A DNA stretch of 64,000 bases from Calditrichia bacterium (GTDB lineage: Bacteria > Calditrichota > Calditrichia > JAJRVZ01). Position 1 is the first letter of the stretch; every line of letters begins with the position of its first letter. Made by a program: the position numbers and the translations under genes. Below the pieces are notes generated by a model, which was not told the origin of the DNA, made no database searches, and was given only the letters and a program-made list of their open reading frames with translations. The DNA lies in assembly GCA_963777955.1 (NCBI GenBank), contig CAVZSQ010000022.1, positions 64,001 to 128,000 on the forward strand. Reading direction: 5' to 3'. Of this stretch, positions 1 to 10,564 are shown one piece after another.

Positions 1-152
1 TCGACAACGTCGTGATGGCCCCGCACCTCGGCTCGGCCACCACCACCGCCCGCGCCGCCATGGTGCGGCTGTGCGCCGAGAACATCACCAACGTGCTCGC
101 CGGCCGCCCCGCCGTCACCCCGGCCCCCGGCCCGCCGCTCACCCCTCGCTGA
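1..152 (+). CDS. D-isomer-specific 2-hydroxyacid (D-glycerate-type) dehydrogenase, C-terminal fragment
   Basis: Frame from nt 3 reads DNVVMAPHLGSATTTARAAMVRLCAENITNVLAG...PR*, which contains the PH(L/I)GSAT motif; cut by the window edge. Confidence 0.8.
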   Translation, partial: DNVVMAPHLGSATTTARAAMVRLCAENITNVLAGRPAVTPAPGPPLTPR

Positions 153-771
153 GGGCCGTCGCCGGGTGCGAGACCTCCGTGTACCGGGCGGCCTCCTCGT
201 CGGCCTCGCCGAAGACCTCGCGACTCGACGGGCCGCCGGGCCTGCCGGTGTACCGGGCTCGTGGAGCCCGTGCTCCAGGACGGGACCGGTGAGGGCCCAC
301 GCGGTCGGCTCTCGCCAGCGTCGCGATCTGGGTCGAGTGGTAGTCCTCGGCCTCCTCCGCGGTCATGCGCTGGTCGAGCGAGTACGCGTCGCCGCGGGGC
401 CCGACGATGCCGACGAACATCAACGCAGGAAGCTGATCGTCGTACGGCCGGCCGACCTCACGCAGGAAGTCGATGGCGCGCAGCTGCATCTCCTCCAGCG
501 CGGCCGGCGAGTAGCCGAGCCGGGTCGCCCAGTCCGGGCTCGCCCGGTAGTCGAAGCCACCCATCAGCGCGCCGAACCCATGGGCACAGGCGGTCTCGAG
601 GTAGCGCTCGTACATCGCCCGCAGCTCTGCGACCGCTCGGGGGTCGTCGAGCAGCGGGAACATGGCGAACTCGGGCAGCTCGAACCCGAACTCGTACATG
701 ATCTCGGTCTCCTGACCACCTTCGGTCAGGTACCGCAGACCATCCTGCTGCTGCGGGAAGGAACCAGCCAT
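139..771 (-). pseudogene. Homocysteine S-methyltransferase family protein, N-terminal half only
   Basis: YLTEGGQETE, YRASPDW, VGPRGDAY and AEEAEDYHSTQIATL are typical of the family. Similarity stops near nt 290 and the C-terminal Zn-binding GGCCG region is missing. Confidence 0.7.
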
Positions 772-895
772 CTCACACCCCCGATGCGCCGTTGCATGAG
801 TCTCGTGGATGAAGCCGCCCGACGCCGATCAGGACGTTCGAGGCGACACGATGGGGGTCGAGTACCGCCAGGCGGGCCTGCTCCGGAGGCGCCGC

Positions 896-2186
896 TCAGC
901 CGACGTTGATCGAGCGCCCGGCCCGGTCGGTGGCGGTGACCGTCGGCGCCTCGTGGGGGCGCCACGCCGGTCGGGCCAGCGCCATCTGCACGACGCTGAT
1001 GGCCCGTTCGTCGAACGCCGCCTCGCAGTAGCAGAGGTAGAAGTCCCACATCCGCACGAAGCGCTCGTCGAGGCCCATGGCGTCGAGGGCGCTCTCGTCG
1101 TCGTGGAGGTTGGCCCGCCAGCGGCGCAGGGTCTCGCCGTAGTGCAGGCCGTAGTCGTCGACGGCGGTGACGGTGAGGTCGGTGACCCGGCTGATCGACC
1201 GGACGATGGCCTCCATCGAGGGCAGGCAGCCGCCGGGGAAGATGAACGCCTTGATGAAGTCCTGCGTGTTCTTGGCCCGCTCGTAGCGCTGGGGCTCGAT
1301 CACGATCGCCTGCAGGGCCATCAGCCCGTCGGGGCGCAGGAGGCGCCGGCAGTGGCCGAAGAAGGTGTCGTGCTCGCGCCAGTCGACGGCCTCGATCATC
1401 TCGATGGAGGCGAGCTTGTCGTAGGTGCCGGTGAGGTCGCGGTAGTCGTCGTGCAGCACGGTGATGCGGTCGGACAGGCCCTCGCGGGCGACCCGCTCGG
1501 TGGCGTAGGCGTGCTGCTCGGCCGAGATCGTGGTGGTGGTGACCCTGGCGCCGTAGTGGCGGGCCGCGTGCACGGCGAAGCCGCCCCAGCCGGTGCCGAT
1601 CTCGACGACCCGCTCGTCGGGGCGCAGGTCGAGCATGCGGCAGAGCCGGTCGAGCTTCTCCTTGGAGGCGTCCTCGAGCGGGGCGTCCCAGGTCGGGAAG
1701 ACGGCCGCCGAGTACATCATCGTGGGGTCGAGGAAGTGCTCGAAGAAGTCGTTGCCGAGGTCGTAGTGGGCCCGGATGTTCGTGCGGTCGCGGCGCTTGT
1801 CCTGGCGGCGGAGGCGGCGCACGGCGTCGGTGGCCGGGCCGGTGACCCGCTGGATCGGACGAGCGCTGGCGGTCGGTGCGGCGGGTGGCCCGGCTGAGGA
1901 TGCGCAGCACCGAGGTGAGGTCGTCGGTCTCCCACAGGCCCTCGAAGTAGGCCTGCCCGAGCCCGGCGCTGCCGCCGGTGGCGACCAGGCGCCACGCCCG
2001 GGGGTCGCGCACGATCATCTGGCCGCGGAGCGCGGGGCGGCCGAGCTCGTCGGGGCCGTCGTCACCGAAGCGGTGGGTCTGATCGGGCTCGACGATGTCG
2101 AGGCGGTCGACCACGAACCGCCGGGCCAGCCCGAGGACGATCAGCCGGGCCGCCCGGTCGATCGGGTCGTCGTGTCGCGGCGTCAT
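896..2186 (-). CDS. cfa: Cyclopropane-fatty-acyl-phospholipid synthase family methyltransferase (Cfa/UfaM-like), one frameshift near 1860
   Basis: GLGQAYFEGLW in the N-terminal part; NIRAHYDLGNDFF, MMYS, EIGTGWGG, SIEMIEAV, FIFPGGCLPS, RMWDFYLCYCEAAF. ATG at 2186 overlaps the upstream TGA. Confidence 0.9.
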
Positions 2187-3079
2187 GGACGGTCCACCTT
2201 CCCTCTGGGGCCGGCGACGATGACAGGGCGCTCGGGGCCGGTGCGGTCGGGGTGCGGGAAGAACGGTACGCGCTTGGCGGCGAGCGCGACGGCGTGAGCG
2301 TGGATCCCGAGCCACACCTTGTAGGTGGCGAACGGATGGTCGAGCAGCGTTCGGGCCATGAACGCCCTGGTCAGCGGCTCTGCGGCGGAGGGCGAGGTCG
2401 GCGTCGAAGACCTTCGTCGGCTCACCTTCGGGGCCGTCCTCGAAGGTCTCGAGCCGCAGCCAGAGGTGGGGACCGGGCGCGGTGCACGTGAGCCGGTAGG
2501 TCTGGTCCATCGGCATGAACGGCGAGACGTGGAGCGCCTTCGGCATCTCGGCGTGGAGGCGGCCGCGCTCGTCGAGGTGACCGACGGCGAACGGGGCCGG
2601 GAGCGCTCGTCGGGTCGGCGCCGGGCCGGGCGTCGACGACGTAGCAGTGGCGCTCGTGCCACGGCGTGCTGGTGACCTCGAGCACCACGACCTCGAGAGC
2701 GGGGCGCTCGTCGTCGCTCGGTGCCGGGGGCGAGGCAGTAGTGCACGGTGATCGGGTTGAAGACGTAGCCCTCGGTGCGGACCTGGGTGAGGGTGCGCAC
2801 GGGGCCCAGCGGCCGGCGGCCGGTGCGGGCCTCGACGAGGTCGCGGACCGAGGTGCCGAGCGGGGTCGAGGCGTCGCCGTCGAGGTAGTCGGTGCGGCGG
2901 TAGTGCACCGGCCACCAGGGCTCGGGCCCGAGGGCGCCGCCCCGGCGGCGGGGGCCGTCGGCCCGGTCGAGCTCGTCGTGGTCGAGCAGCACGAGGTACA
3001 GCGAGGTCTTCAGGGTGTGCGGCTTCGGGGCGAGCCGCCGGTGGCGCGTGGCGCCGGTGTAGATGGCTCCCGCGGTCAC
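2183..3079 (-). CDS. DUF1365 family protein (UfaO/RSP_1090-like), frameshifted
   Basis: IYTGATRHRR, GYVFNPITVHYC, VLEVTSTPWHERHCY, KALHVSPFMPMDQTY and IHAHAVALAAKRVPF, spread over three frames; GTGA/ATGA coupling on both sides. Confidence 0.85.
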   Translation of the reverse strand: MTAGAIYTGATRHRRLAPKPHTLKTSLYLVLLDHDELDRADGPRRRGGALGPEPWWPVHYRRTDYLDGDASTPLGTSVRDLVEARTGRRPLGPVRTLTQVRTEGYVFNPITVHYCLAPGTERRRAPRSRGRGARGHQHAVARAPLLRRRRPARRRPDERSRPRSPSVTSTSAAASTPRCRRRSTSRRSCRWTRPTGSRAPRPVPTSGCGSRPSRTAPKVSRRRSSTPTSPSAAEPLTRAFMARTLLDHPFATYKVWLGIHAHAVALAAKRVPFFPHPDRTGPERPVIVAGPRGKVDRP

Positions 3080-4361
3080 AGCCCGGTGCCGAAGTGGCGG
3101 CACACGTCGAGGGCCGAGACCACGCCGTCCTCGTGGAAGCCGTAGCCCCAGTAGGCGCCGGCGAAGAAGGTGCCCCTGTCGCCCTGGATCTCGGCCCGGC
3201 GGCGCTGGGCGGCCATCGCCGCGCCGTCGAAGACCGGGTGGTCGTACTCGAACTCGGCGAGCACGGTGGAGCGGTCGATCTCGTCGGCCCGGTTGAGGGT
3301 GACGAGGAAGTCGTGGTCCGACTCGAGGCGCTGGAGGTTGTTCATCCAGTACGTCAGTGTGGCCTCTCGGCCCGAGCCGACGCCGAGGTGGTAGTTCCAG
3401 CTCGCCCGGGCCCGCGGCTCGCGGGGGAGCAGGCGGGCGTCGGTGTGGAGCGTGGCGATGTTCGGCTGGTAGCGGATGGCGCCGAGGATGTCGCGCTCGG
3501 CCGGGGTCGGGTCGCCGAGCAGCTCGAGGCTCTGGTCGGAGTGGCCGGCGAGGATCACGCGCGTCGAAGGTCTCGGGGCCGTGGGTGGCGGTGACGACCT
3601 CGACGGCGGTGCCGAGCGGGCGGTCGGCGTCGACGGTGCGCACGACCTTGGTGACCGGCGAGTCGACGCGCACCGGCTTCGAGAGGCGGGCGGTGAGGGC
3701 CTTCACGTACTGCTGCGAGCCGCCCTTGACCGTGCGCCACTGGGAGATGCCCGGCAGCTCGAGCAGGCCGTGGTTGTCCATGAACCGGCAGTAGGCGGCG
3801 GCGGGGAACTCGAGGAAGGTCTCCGGGTCGGCCGACCAGATCGAGGCGCCGAGGGGCACGAGGAAGTCGTCGCGGAAGCGCTGCGAGTAGCCGCCCTGCT
3901 CGATGAAGTCGGCGAGGGACACCGTGTCGTCGCCGCCCTCGGCGACCAGGCGCCGGGCCCGCCGGTTGAAGCGCAGGATGTCGATCAGCATGCGGGTGAA
4001 CGACGGCTTCAGCAGGTTGCGAGCGCTGGGCGTAGAGGGTGTTGAGGTTGGTGCCCCGGTACTCCATGCCGGTGAGCTCGCTGCTCACCGAGAAGCTCAT
4101 CTCGCTGGGCTGGCTGGCCACGTCGAGGCGCTCGAGCAGCTTGATGAAGTTCGGGTAGTTGCGGTCGTTGAAGACGATGAAGCCGGTGTCGACGGCGTGG
4201 TGCTGCAGGGTGCCGTCGGGACCGGGCAGCTCGACGTCGACGGTGTTGGTGTGGCCGCCGACCCAGGAGCCGGCCTCGAAGACGGTCACGTCGTGGTCCG
4301 GGTCGAGCAGGTGGGCGCAGACGAGCCCCGAGATCCCGGTTCCGACGATGGCGATCCGCAT
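3076..4361 (-). CDS. FAD/NAD-binding oxidoreductase (COG2907, UfaD/RSP_1091-like), frameshifted
   Basis: MRIAIVGTGISGL Rossmann motif, GGHTNT, VDTGFIVFNDRNYPNF, ASWNY, TYWMNNLQ, YDHP, GAYWGYGFHEDG. Confidence 0.9.
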
Positions 4362-4423
4362 CGAGCCTCCTGTGTGGTGCCGACGGGATCGCCGGACGGG
4401 GGGATGTAGGGGAAGTGAACGCC

Positions 4424-4435
4424 TTTAGTGCTGAT
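4424..4435. promoter_or_regulatory. Candidate operator TTTAGTGCTGAT upstream of the oxidoreductase-DUF1365-cfa operon
   Basis: 10 of 12 positions match the reverse complement of the palindrome at 6401-6412; AT-rich island in GC-rich DNA about 60 nt upstream of the start codon. Confidence 0.4.
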
Positions 4436-4488
4436 TCATTCCCAGCGGGTGGCTACGCCATGACTACGAGGCCGGCCCCGTCGACGGA

Positions 4489-5488
4489 TCACCGGCATCG
4501 GTCGGGGTCGGTGGCCGCAGTGGCACGCTGCTCGCACCACGCCCAGAGCCGGGCCCGCTCACCGGGGGGCGTGTGGGTCCACGGCACCTTGGTGGCGCTG
4601 CGGCGGCGGCGGTCGAGCCAGAACCCGCCGCTGGCCCCGAGCTCGGCGGCCGGCGCCGCCGGCCATCCAGACCAGGGTGTCGGCCCCCTCGTCGGGGCTG
4701 CGCAGGATCGGCCGGGTCAGCGAGTGGAACCTCGGCAGGCTCTCGACGACACCAGGGGTGTCGGCCCACCCCGGGTGCAGGGCGTGGAAGGCCACCGAGG
4801 CCGGGCCACGGCGGGCCCACTCGGCGGTGAGCTCGACCTGCGCCCGCTTGGCCCGGGCGTAGGCCCGCACGCCGTCGTAGTCGTCGGGGCCCATCTCCAG
4901 GTCGTCGACGTCGAGCCGCTCGGCGTACATGCCGCCCGACGCCATGGTGAGCACTCGCCCGGCATCGGCGGCCTCCAACTGCGGGAGCAGCAGCGTGGTG
5001 AGCAGGAACGGCCCCACGACCTGTGCGGCCACGGTGGTCTCGATGCCCTGGGGCGAGGTGGTTCGCTGGCGGGTGAGCGCCCCGGCGTTGTGCATCAGCA
5101 CGTCGACGTGGTCGTGGGCGGCGACGATCTCGGCGGCCAGCCGGCGCACGTCATCGAGGTCGGAGAGGTCGGCCACGCTGGTGGTGACCTGCCCGCCCGA
5201 GCCTCGGAGTGCGGCCGAGGCGTCGCGCACCTTGTCGGGGCTGCGGCCCACGAGGTGGAGGTGGGCGCCGAGCCCGGCCAGGCGCTCGGCGGCGGCGAGC
5301 CCGAGCCCCGAGGTGAATCCGGTCAGCACGATCACCCGGTCGTCGAGGCGGGGGAGCGGAGCGTCGTCCCACCGGTAGAGGCGGCGGCGGGCGAGGTAGC
5401 CGAGCCGGCTCCAGCTCGGCGCCACGGTGAGCTCCATGGCGGCGTCGACGAGGCCGGCGAAGGGGACGGGGTCGGGTCCGGTGGCCAC
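4489..5488 (-). CDS. Short-chain dehydrogenase/reductase (DHRS12-like), frameshift near 4660
   Basis: TGFTSGLG, HNAG, ASGGMY, YARAK catalytic YxxxK, HPGWADTPG. The shifted frame continues GGFWLDR...LWAWCE to a stop at 4489. Confidence 0.85.
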
Positions 5489-5490
5489 GC

Positions 5491-6361
5491 TCAGGAGGCC
5501 CGGAGTCGGGTGCCGGCCAGGCGGCCGAACACTTCGATCAGCTCCGGCGCGCTGGAGGTGACCTCGTCGGCGCCGAGGGCCTTGCCCGCGGCCTCGTCGG
5601 GAACCCCCTGCCCGCCGAGCACGACCGGGCAGTCGAGGTCGCGGTGCACGGCCTCGATGGCCTCGGCGATGCTGGCCTCGTTGTCGCTGCTGGTGGCGCT
5701 GATGCCGATGCCGACGAGGCGGTCAGCGCTCAGCCCGGCGTCGACGAACGACGATGCCGGGCTGTCGGCGCCGAGGTCGATCACGGAGAACCCGGCGCCG
5801 CGGAGCAGGTCCGCGGCGAGGGCCACGGGCACGCCGTGGTGGTCGCCCGGCGGGGCGCCGACGACGACGGTGCCGCGCTTGCGGCCCCGCCGCGAGAAGC
5901 GGGGTCCGAGCCGGCCGATCAGTCGGAGCATGACCACCGACGCCCGATGCTCCTGGGCGACCGAGACCCGGCCGGCGGCCCAGTCGTCGCCGATGCGGGC
6001 CATGGCCGGTGAGAGGACCTCGAGGTAGATCTCCTCGGGGTCGACCCCGGCGGTGAGCGCGTTCTCGATGATCGCCCACGACCCCGGCCTCGTCGCCGGC
6101 GAGGAGCCGGTCCTCGAGGCGCAGGTGGTAGTCGTGGCGCCGGCGCCGGCCCTTCCCGGGTCCGCCCGCCGGCGGTCCCCCCACAGCGGCGGCGCCGGCC
6201 GCGCCCGAGCGCATCGCCTCGACGTCCGAGGTCGCGACGCGCCACTCCGAGCCGAGCTTGGTCGCGGGAAGACGACCGGTTCGGACGTACCGGTAGGCGG
6301 TCATGTAGTGGACGCCGAGGAGCTCGGCGGCCTCGGTCAGGGTGATGGTCTCGTTGGGCAC
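5491..6361 (-). CDS. Excisionase-type HTH plus cobalamin-binding domain regulator (CarH/LitR-like B12 sensor), frameshift near 6085
   Basis: N-terminal TLTEAAELLGVHYMTAYRYVRTGRLPA; IGDDWAAGRVSVAQEH (W...EH motif of the B12 helical cap); GDHHGVP...DLLRGAGFSVIDLG...VVLGG Rossmann B12 domain. Confidence 0.85.
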
Positions 6362-6400
6362 GGCACCTCGAGAACCGTTCGGGGCCGGATCGACCGGCCA

Positions 6401-6412
6401 TTCAGCACTGAA
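6401..6412. promoter_or_regulatory. Palindrome TTCAG-CA-CTGAA, candidate operator in the divergent promoter region
   Basis: Perfect 5-bp arms, 40 nt upstream of the B12 regulator start; near-copy at 4424-4435. Confidence 0.45.
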
Positions 6413-6518
6413 CGTACCGCACCGGGGTGGCCGTCCGGCGGGTCGGAGGGCCGTTTCCTCCGCCCGGATCGCCGGTGGTCCCGTGGGGCACGACCGGCGC
6501 CGGTACGGTGGCCTCCGC

Positions 6519-7442
6519 ATGTCCACCAGCTTCCGTCCCCAGGTGGCCGCCGCCTTCGAGGTCCTGGCGGAGGGCCTCGCCCCGTTCGTCGACGCCCGCA
6601 TGTCCGCGCTCGACCCCGGCGAGGACTGGATCCTCATGGCGGCGAGCAAGCTCGGGAAGCGGCGCGACGTGCTCGTGTCGATCGTCGATCCGCACTTCCA
6701 GCTCGAGGTGATCAACCGCTGGTGGGGCCCGGCGTTCTCGCCGGTGCTGCCCGAGTCGATGCGGCCGGTGGTCACCGACCTGCGCACGGCGCGCAACCAC
6801 TGGGCCCATCCCGACGCCGACCACCCGTTCGACCGGGCCTACGCCCTCGACGTCCACAAGTGGGCCGAGGAGCTGTTGCGGGCGATCGGCGCCCCCGAGG
6901 CCGACCAGCTCGGTGAGTTGGCCGAGGCGGTGCGATGGGAGTCGCTCTACGAGACCGCCCGGGAGTCGGGCCAGCCCGAGGCCGAGGTGCTGTTCGAGGA
7001 GCTCGTGCGCCTGGAGTCCGAGCAGGCGTCGCTCAGCACCCAGCTCGCCGAGGCCCGGGAGGCCGCCACCACCGCTGCCGGCCGATCGCGGGCGATCTCC
7101 CGGCAGCTGGCCGAGCTCCAGGCCCAGTACGCGGCCGTGGCCGGTCTGCGCGACGACTACCTCGCGCTCCAGGCCCAGCTCGACACCGAACGGTCGGTCC
7201 GCGACGCCGACGAGCGTGACACCGGGGAGCTGCGGCAGCGCCTCGAGCGCACGGCCGAGTCGTCCGAGCGTCTGGCCGCCGAGGCCGAGGTGCTCCGCGT
7301 CGAGCTCGAGCGCACCCGCGAGCAGATGCGCGAGCTCGACCCCGTCGACACCGAGATCGGCCGGCGATGGATCTGGCTGGTCACCGCCATGATCGTGGTG
7401 CTGGGCGTGCTGATCGCCCTGATCGGCTACACCCCGCGCTGA
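6519..7442 (+). CDS. Swt1-like HEPN domain protein with coiled coil and C-terminal transmembrane helix
   Basis: LAEGLAPFV...W...DP...W..AF...LRTARNHWAH (RxxxxH), then a long E/L/A/R heptad-rich region and WIWLVTAMIVVLGVLIALIG. Confidence 0.75.
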   Translation: MSTSFRPQVAAAFEVLAEGLAPFVDARMSALDPGEDWILMAASKLGKRRDVLVSIVDPHFQLEVINRWWGPAFSPVLPESMRPVVTDLRTARNHWAHPDADHPFDRAYALDVHKWAEELLRAIGAPEADQLGELAEAVRWESLYETARESGQPEAEVLFEELVRLESEQASLSTQLAEAREAATTAAGRSRAISRQLAELQAQYAAVAGLRDDYLALQAQLDTERSVRDADERDTGELRQRLERTAESSERLAAEAEVLRVELERTREQMRELDPVDTEIGRRWIWLVTAMIVVLGVLIALIGYTPR

Positions 7443-7483
7443 GCTCCTGGGGCCGAGTCACCCTGAGTCGCCCGGGTCGTGGG

Positions 7484-8416
7484 TCAGGAGCGGAGCGTGC
7501 GCCCGGCCATGCGGGACACGAGGGCCGTCTTCTCGGCCAGCTCGTCGTCGTCGAGCACGCCGGCCCGGTGGAGCTCGACGATCGCCCGCATGAGCGACCG
7601 CTCGTCGAGCTGGGCGAGCACCGGCATCGCGACGGGTCGCAGCTTCAGGATGGCGTCCCGGGCAGCTTCGGCGGCCTCGGGCCGCAGGCCCTTGATCGCC
7701 ATGTCGGTGCCGTTGCGGGTGCTCACGAGGAGCACGGCGCTGGTGAGCCGGCGCTGCACCTGCACGTCGGTGATGTCGGCGAGGGCGAGCGTGCGGCGCA
7801 GGCCGTTGTGGCGGTCGCGCAGCTCCAGGCGGTCCCTCATCACCACGAGCTGGTCGCCGAGGCGGTCGATGTCGGTCGCCAGCACCGTCGGGCGCAGCTC
7901 CATGACCGGCTGCTCGTGCTTCGGCCGCTGGGCGGCGGCCGCAGCGAGCACGCCGGTCGTCACGCGGGCCGGTCCGCCGGCGGGGACCACGACGCCGGGG
8001 GGCGGGACGCCCACGGGGCGATCGTCGGCGCCGGCGTGATGGTGGGGGTCACCGGGATCGCTCCCCGCCAACGGCATCGGCCAGGGTCCGGAGGAGGGCG
8101 GGGTCGAGGGAGGCGGTGGTGTCGGCCCGGGCCCTGCGGATGGCACCGAGCCGGCGGCGACCGCGACGGGCGTCAGGTCGAGCGGTTCGGCGACGGGCGG
8201 GGGTGGCGGGAGCGCGGCCGGCGGATCGGGGATCACCAGGAGCCGGTCGTCGGCGATCGGGGCCCGCCGGGGGACCTCGAGGCCCAGGGCGCGGGCCGCC
8301 GCCTCGCTGCGGAGGGGCGCCACCCTGGCGGCGTCCTGACGGGACGCGGCCTCACGGGCGGCGAGTTGGGCGGCGAGGTGGTCGTCGTCATGGATCGGAT
8401 GGGTGAAGTCGGCCAC
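7484..8416 (-). CDS. Pro-rich protein with bacterial PH-like domain and SHOCT-like tail
   Basis: Pro-rich linker; LADITDVQVQRR...LLVST (PH-like); ELHRAGVLDDDELAEK (SHOCT-like). Start codon uncertain. Confidence 0.55.
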   Translation of the reverse strand: MADFTHPIHDDDHLAAQLAAREAASRQDAARVAPLRSEAAARALGLEVPRRAPIADDRLLVIPDPPAALPPPPPVAEPLDLTPVAVAAGSVPSAGPGPTPPPPSTPPSSGPWPMPLAGSDPGDPHHHAGADDRPVGVPPPGVVVPAGGPARVTTGVLAAAAAQRPKHEQPVMELRPTVLATDIDRLGDQLVVMRDRLELRDRHNGLRRTLALADITDVQVQRRLTSAVLLVSTRNGTDMAIKGLRPEAAEAARDAILKLRPVAMPVLAQLDERSLMRAIVELHRAGVLDDDELAEKTALVSRMAGRTLRS

Positions 8417-8477
8417 GCTTGTCTCATCGGCGTCCGAGGGCCGATGATTGAGCGTCGTCTCACCCAGGAGCCTCCCG

Positions 8478-8726
8478 ATGACCGATGCCGTGCAGCCCGA
8501 CGTCCCCGAGCAGGACGGCCTCGCCGAGCCCGAGCTGCCCCAGCTCGACATCGAGGGGGCCCGCCTGCTGGCCAACGAGGCCCGCGATCGGCTCCACGCC
8601 GACGGCTTCACCGACGACCAGATCGACGCCTGGGTGCGGGTCTACTTCGAGCAGGAGCACGAGGGCACCGTCGACGGGTTCATCGCCTTCATCGCTGCCG
8701 AGCAGGCCGCCGGCCGCCAGTCCTAG
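8478..8726 (+). CDS. Small acidic hypothetical protein
   Basis: CAGGAG RBS before ATG 8478; GC3-biased codons; 82 aa. Confidence 0.65.
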   Translation: MTDAVQPDVPEQDGLAEPELPQLDIEGARLLANEARDRLHADGFTDDQIDAWVRVYFEQEHEGTVDGFIAFIAAEQAAGRQS

Positions 8727-8754
8727 GCGGCCCTACCGGGGAGGAAAGCCCTGG

Positions 8755-9411
8755 TCAGGACGGTCGTAGTCGGCCCACGAGGGCCGGCATCGACGACAGG
8801 ACCTCCACATCGAGCACCCCGGTGAGGAAGCTCCGGTTGCGACGGTGCAGGTCGTCGGCGGGGTCGAACCGGTTCAGCATCACGAGCGGGGTGGCCACGT
8901 GGGCCCCCGTGTCGAGCGCCTCCAGGCCGAGGCGCACACCGTTGATCGTGCCGAGCCCGGCGTCGGCCACCAGCAGCACGACGATCGGGCTGCAGCTCCT
9001 CGATGAGGGTGACGGCGTCGCCGTCGGCCGCCAGCGGCGAGCGCACGCCGCCGGCCGTCTCGACCAGGCCGACCTCGGGCCCGGCACCGGCCAGGCCGTC
9101 TCCAGCACCAGGTCGGCGATGGTGAAGGGCGGCCGGCCGAGCACGTCGGCGGCCATCGGCGGCGCCATCGGCACGGTGTACCAGCGGTGCTGCGGGCACA
9201 CGTCGGTGGGGTCCTCGCCGGTGGCGCCGCCGAGCACGTCGGCGTCGGTGGTGCGGTCCTCGGGGCCGAACGACTGGGCCGGCTTGCGGGCGGCCACGGT
9301 GTGGCCCTCGGCCCGCAGGTCGCGCAGCAGGTGGGCCGACACCCAGGTCTTGCCCACCTCGGTGCCGGTGCCGACCACGACGATCAGCAGCTCGGGGCGG
9401 GCGCCGCTCAC
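8755..9411 (-). CDS. bioD: Dethiobiotin synthase, frameshifted
   Basis: VVGTGTEVGKT P-loop, RKPAQS, APPMAA, VETAGGVRSP, LGTIN. Confidence 0.9.
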   Translation of the reverse strand: MSGARPELLIVVVGTGTEVGKTWVSAHLLRDLRAEGHTVAARKPAQSFGPEDRTTDADVLGGATGEDPTDVCPQHRWYTVPMAPPMAADVLGRPPFTIADLVLETAWPVPGPRSAWSRRPAACARRWRPTATPSPSSRSCSPIVVLLVADAGLGTINGVRLGLEALDTGAHVATPLVMLNRFDPADDLHRRNRSFLTGVLDVEVLSSMPALVGRLRPS

Positions 9412-10564
9412 GGTCGACCTCCGACGGGCTGGCCCAGGGCGTCGAGCGCCCGGGCGAGGGCGTCGACCTGGGCGTCGGTGTGCGCGGCCGACAGCGCGAC
9501 CCGCAGCCGGCTGGTGCCCGGCGCCACCGTGGGCGGTCGGATCGCCGGGACGAGCAGCCCCTGCTCGAGCAGCGCGGCCGAGGCGGCCATGGCGCGGCCT
9601 CCTCGCCGAGCACGACGGCACGATCGGGGAGGGGTGACCCGGGCGGAGCCGCTCGACGTGGCCGCGCAGCCGGGCGCGCAGCGCGTCGCCCTCGGGCGAG
9701 ACGCAGCGACGCCGACCGCGGCGAGCGCGGCGGCGGCGTCGGCCGGGCTGAGGGCGGTGGTGAAGATGTAGGTGCGGGCCCGGTTGACCAGCAGCTCGAC
9801 GTAGCGGTCCGGGAACCGGCGACGAAGCCACCGAGCGCGCCGAGGGTCTTCGACAGCGTGCCGACCTGGAGCACGGACGGGCCGTCGGTGGAGGTCACCG
9901 GGATCGGGCTCGAGCACGGCGTGGGCCTCGTCGAGCACGAGCAGGGCATCGTGGCGGGCGCAGATCTCGAGCAGGTCGTCGACGGGGGCGACGTCGCCGT
10001 CCATCGAGAACACGGAGTCGGTCACGACGACCGGCGCTCGGCACCCGGCTCGGCCAGGAGCGCGTCGAGCTGGTCGAGGTCGCCGTGGCGGTACACCGCG
10101 CAGCTCGGCCCCGTGGCGCGGGCCAGGCGGCAGCCGTCGATGATCGAGGCGTGGTTCAGCTCGTCGGAGCGGATGCGCACCCCGGGGCGGCCGAACGTGG
10201 TGAGCACGCCGAGGTTGGCGGCGAAGCCGGTGGGGAACAGCCGCGGCCGCCTCGGTGCCCTTCCAGCCGGCGAGCGCGGCTCGAGCTCGTGGTGGACGGG
10301 CCGGGACCCGACGATCAGGCGCGCGGCGCCGGCACCGGTGCCCCACCGGTCGACGGCGGCGATGGCGGCGGCCATCACCGCGGGGTGCTGGGAGAGCCCG
10401 AGGTAGTCGTTCGAGGCGAACGACACGACGTCCTGGCCGTGGCGGTGAGGCGCGCCGCTGGGCCCGGCCGCGTCGAACGAGCGGGGCTCGCGCCACTGGC
10501 CGGCGGCGTGGATGCCGTCGGTCTCGGCGTCGACCCAGCGCTCCCAGGCGCCGCCGGGGCTCAC
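9408..10564 (-). CDS. bioF: 8-amino-7-oxononanoate synthase, frameshifted
   Basis: FASNDYLGL, GAGAARL, DELNHASIIDG, DSVFSMDGD, DEAHA, GTLSKTLG, AIRPPTV, RLRVALSAAH. Confidence 0.9.
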
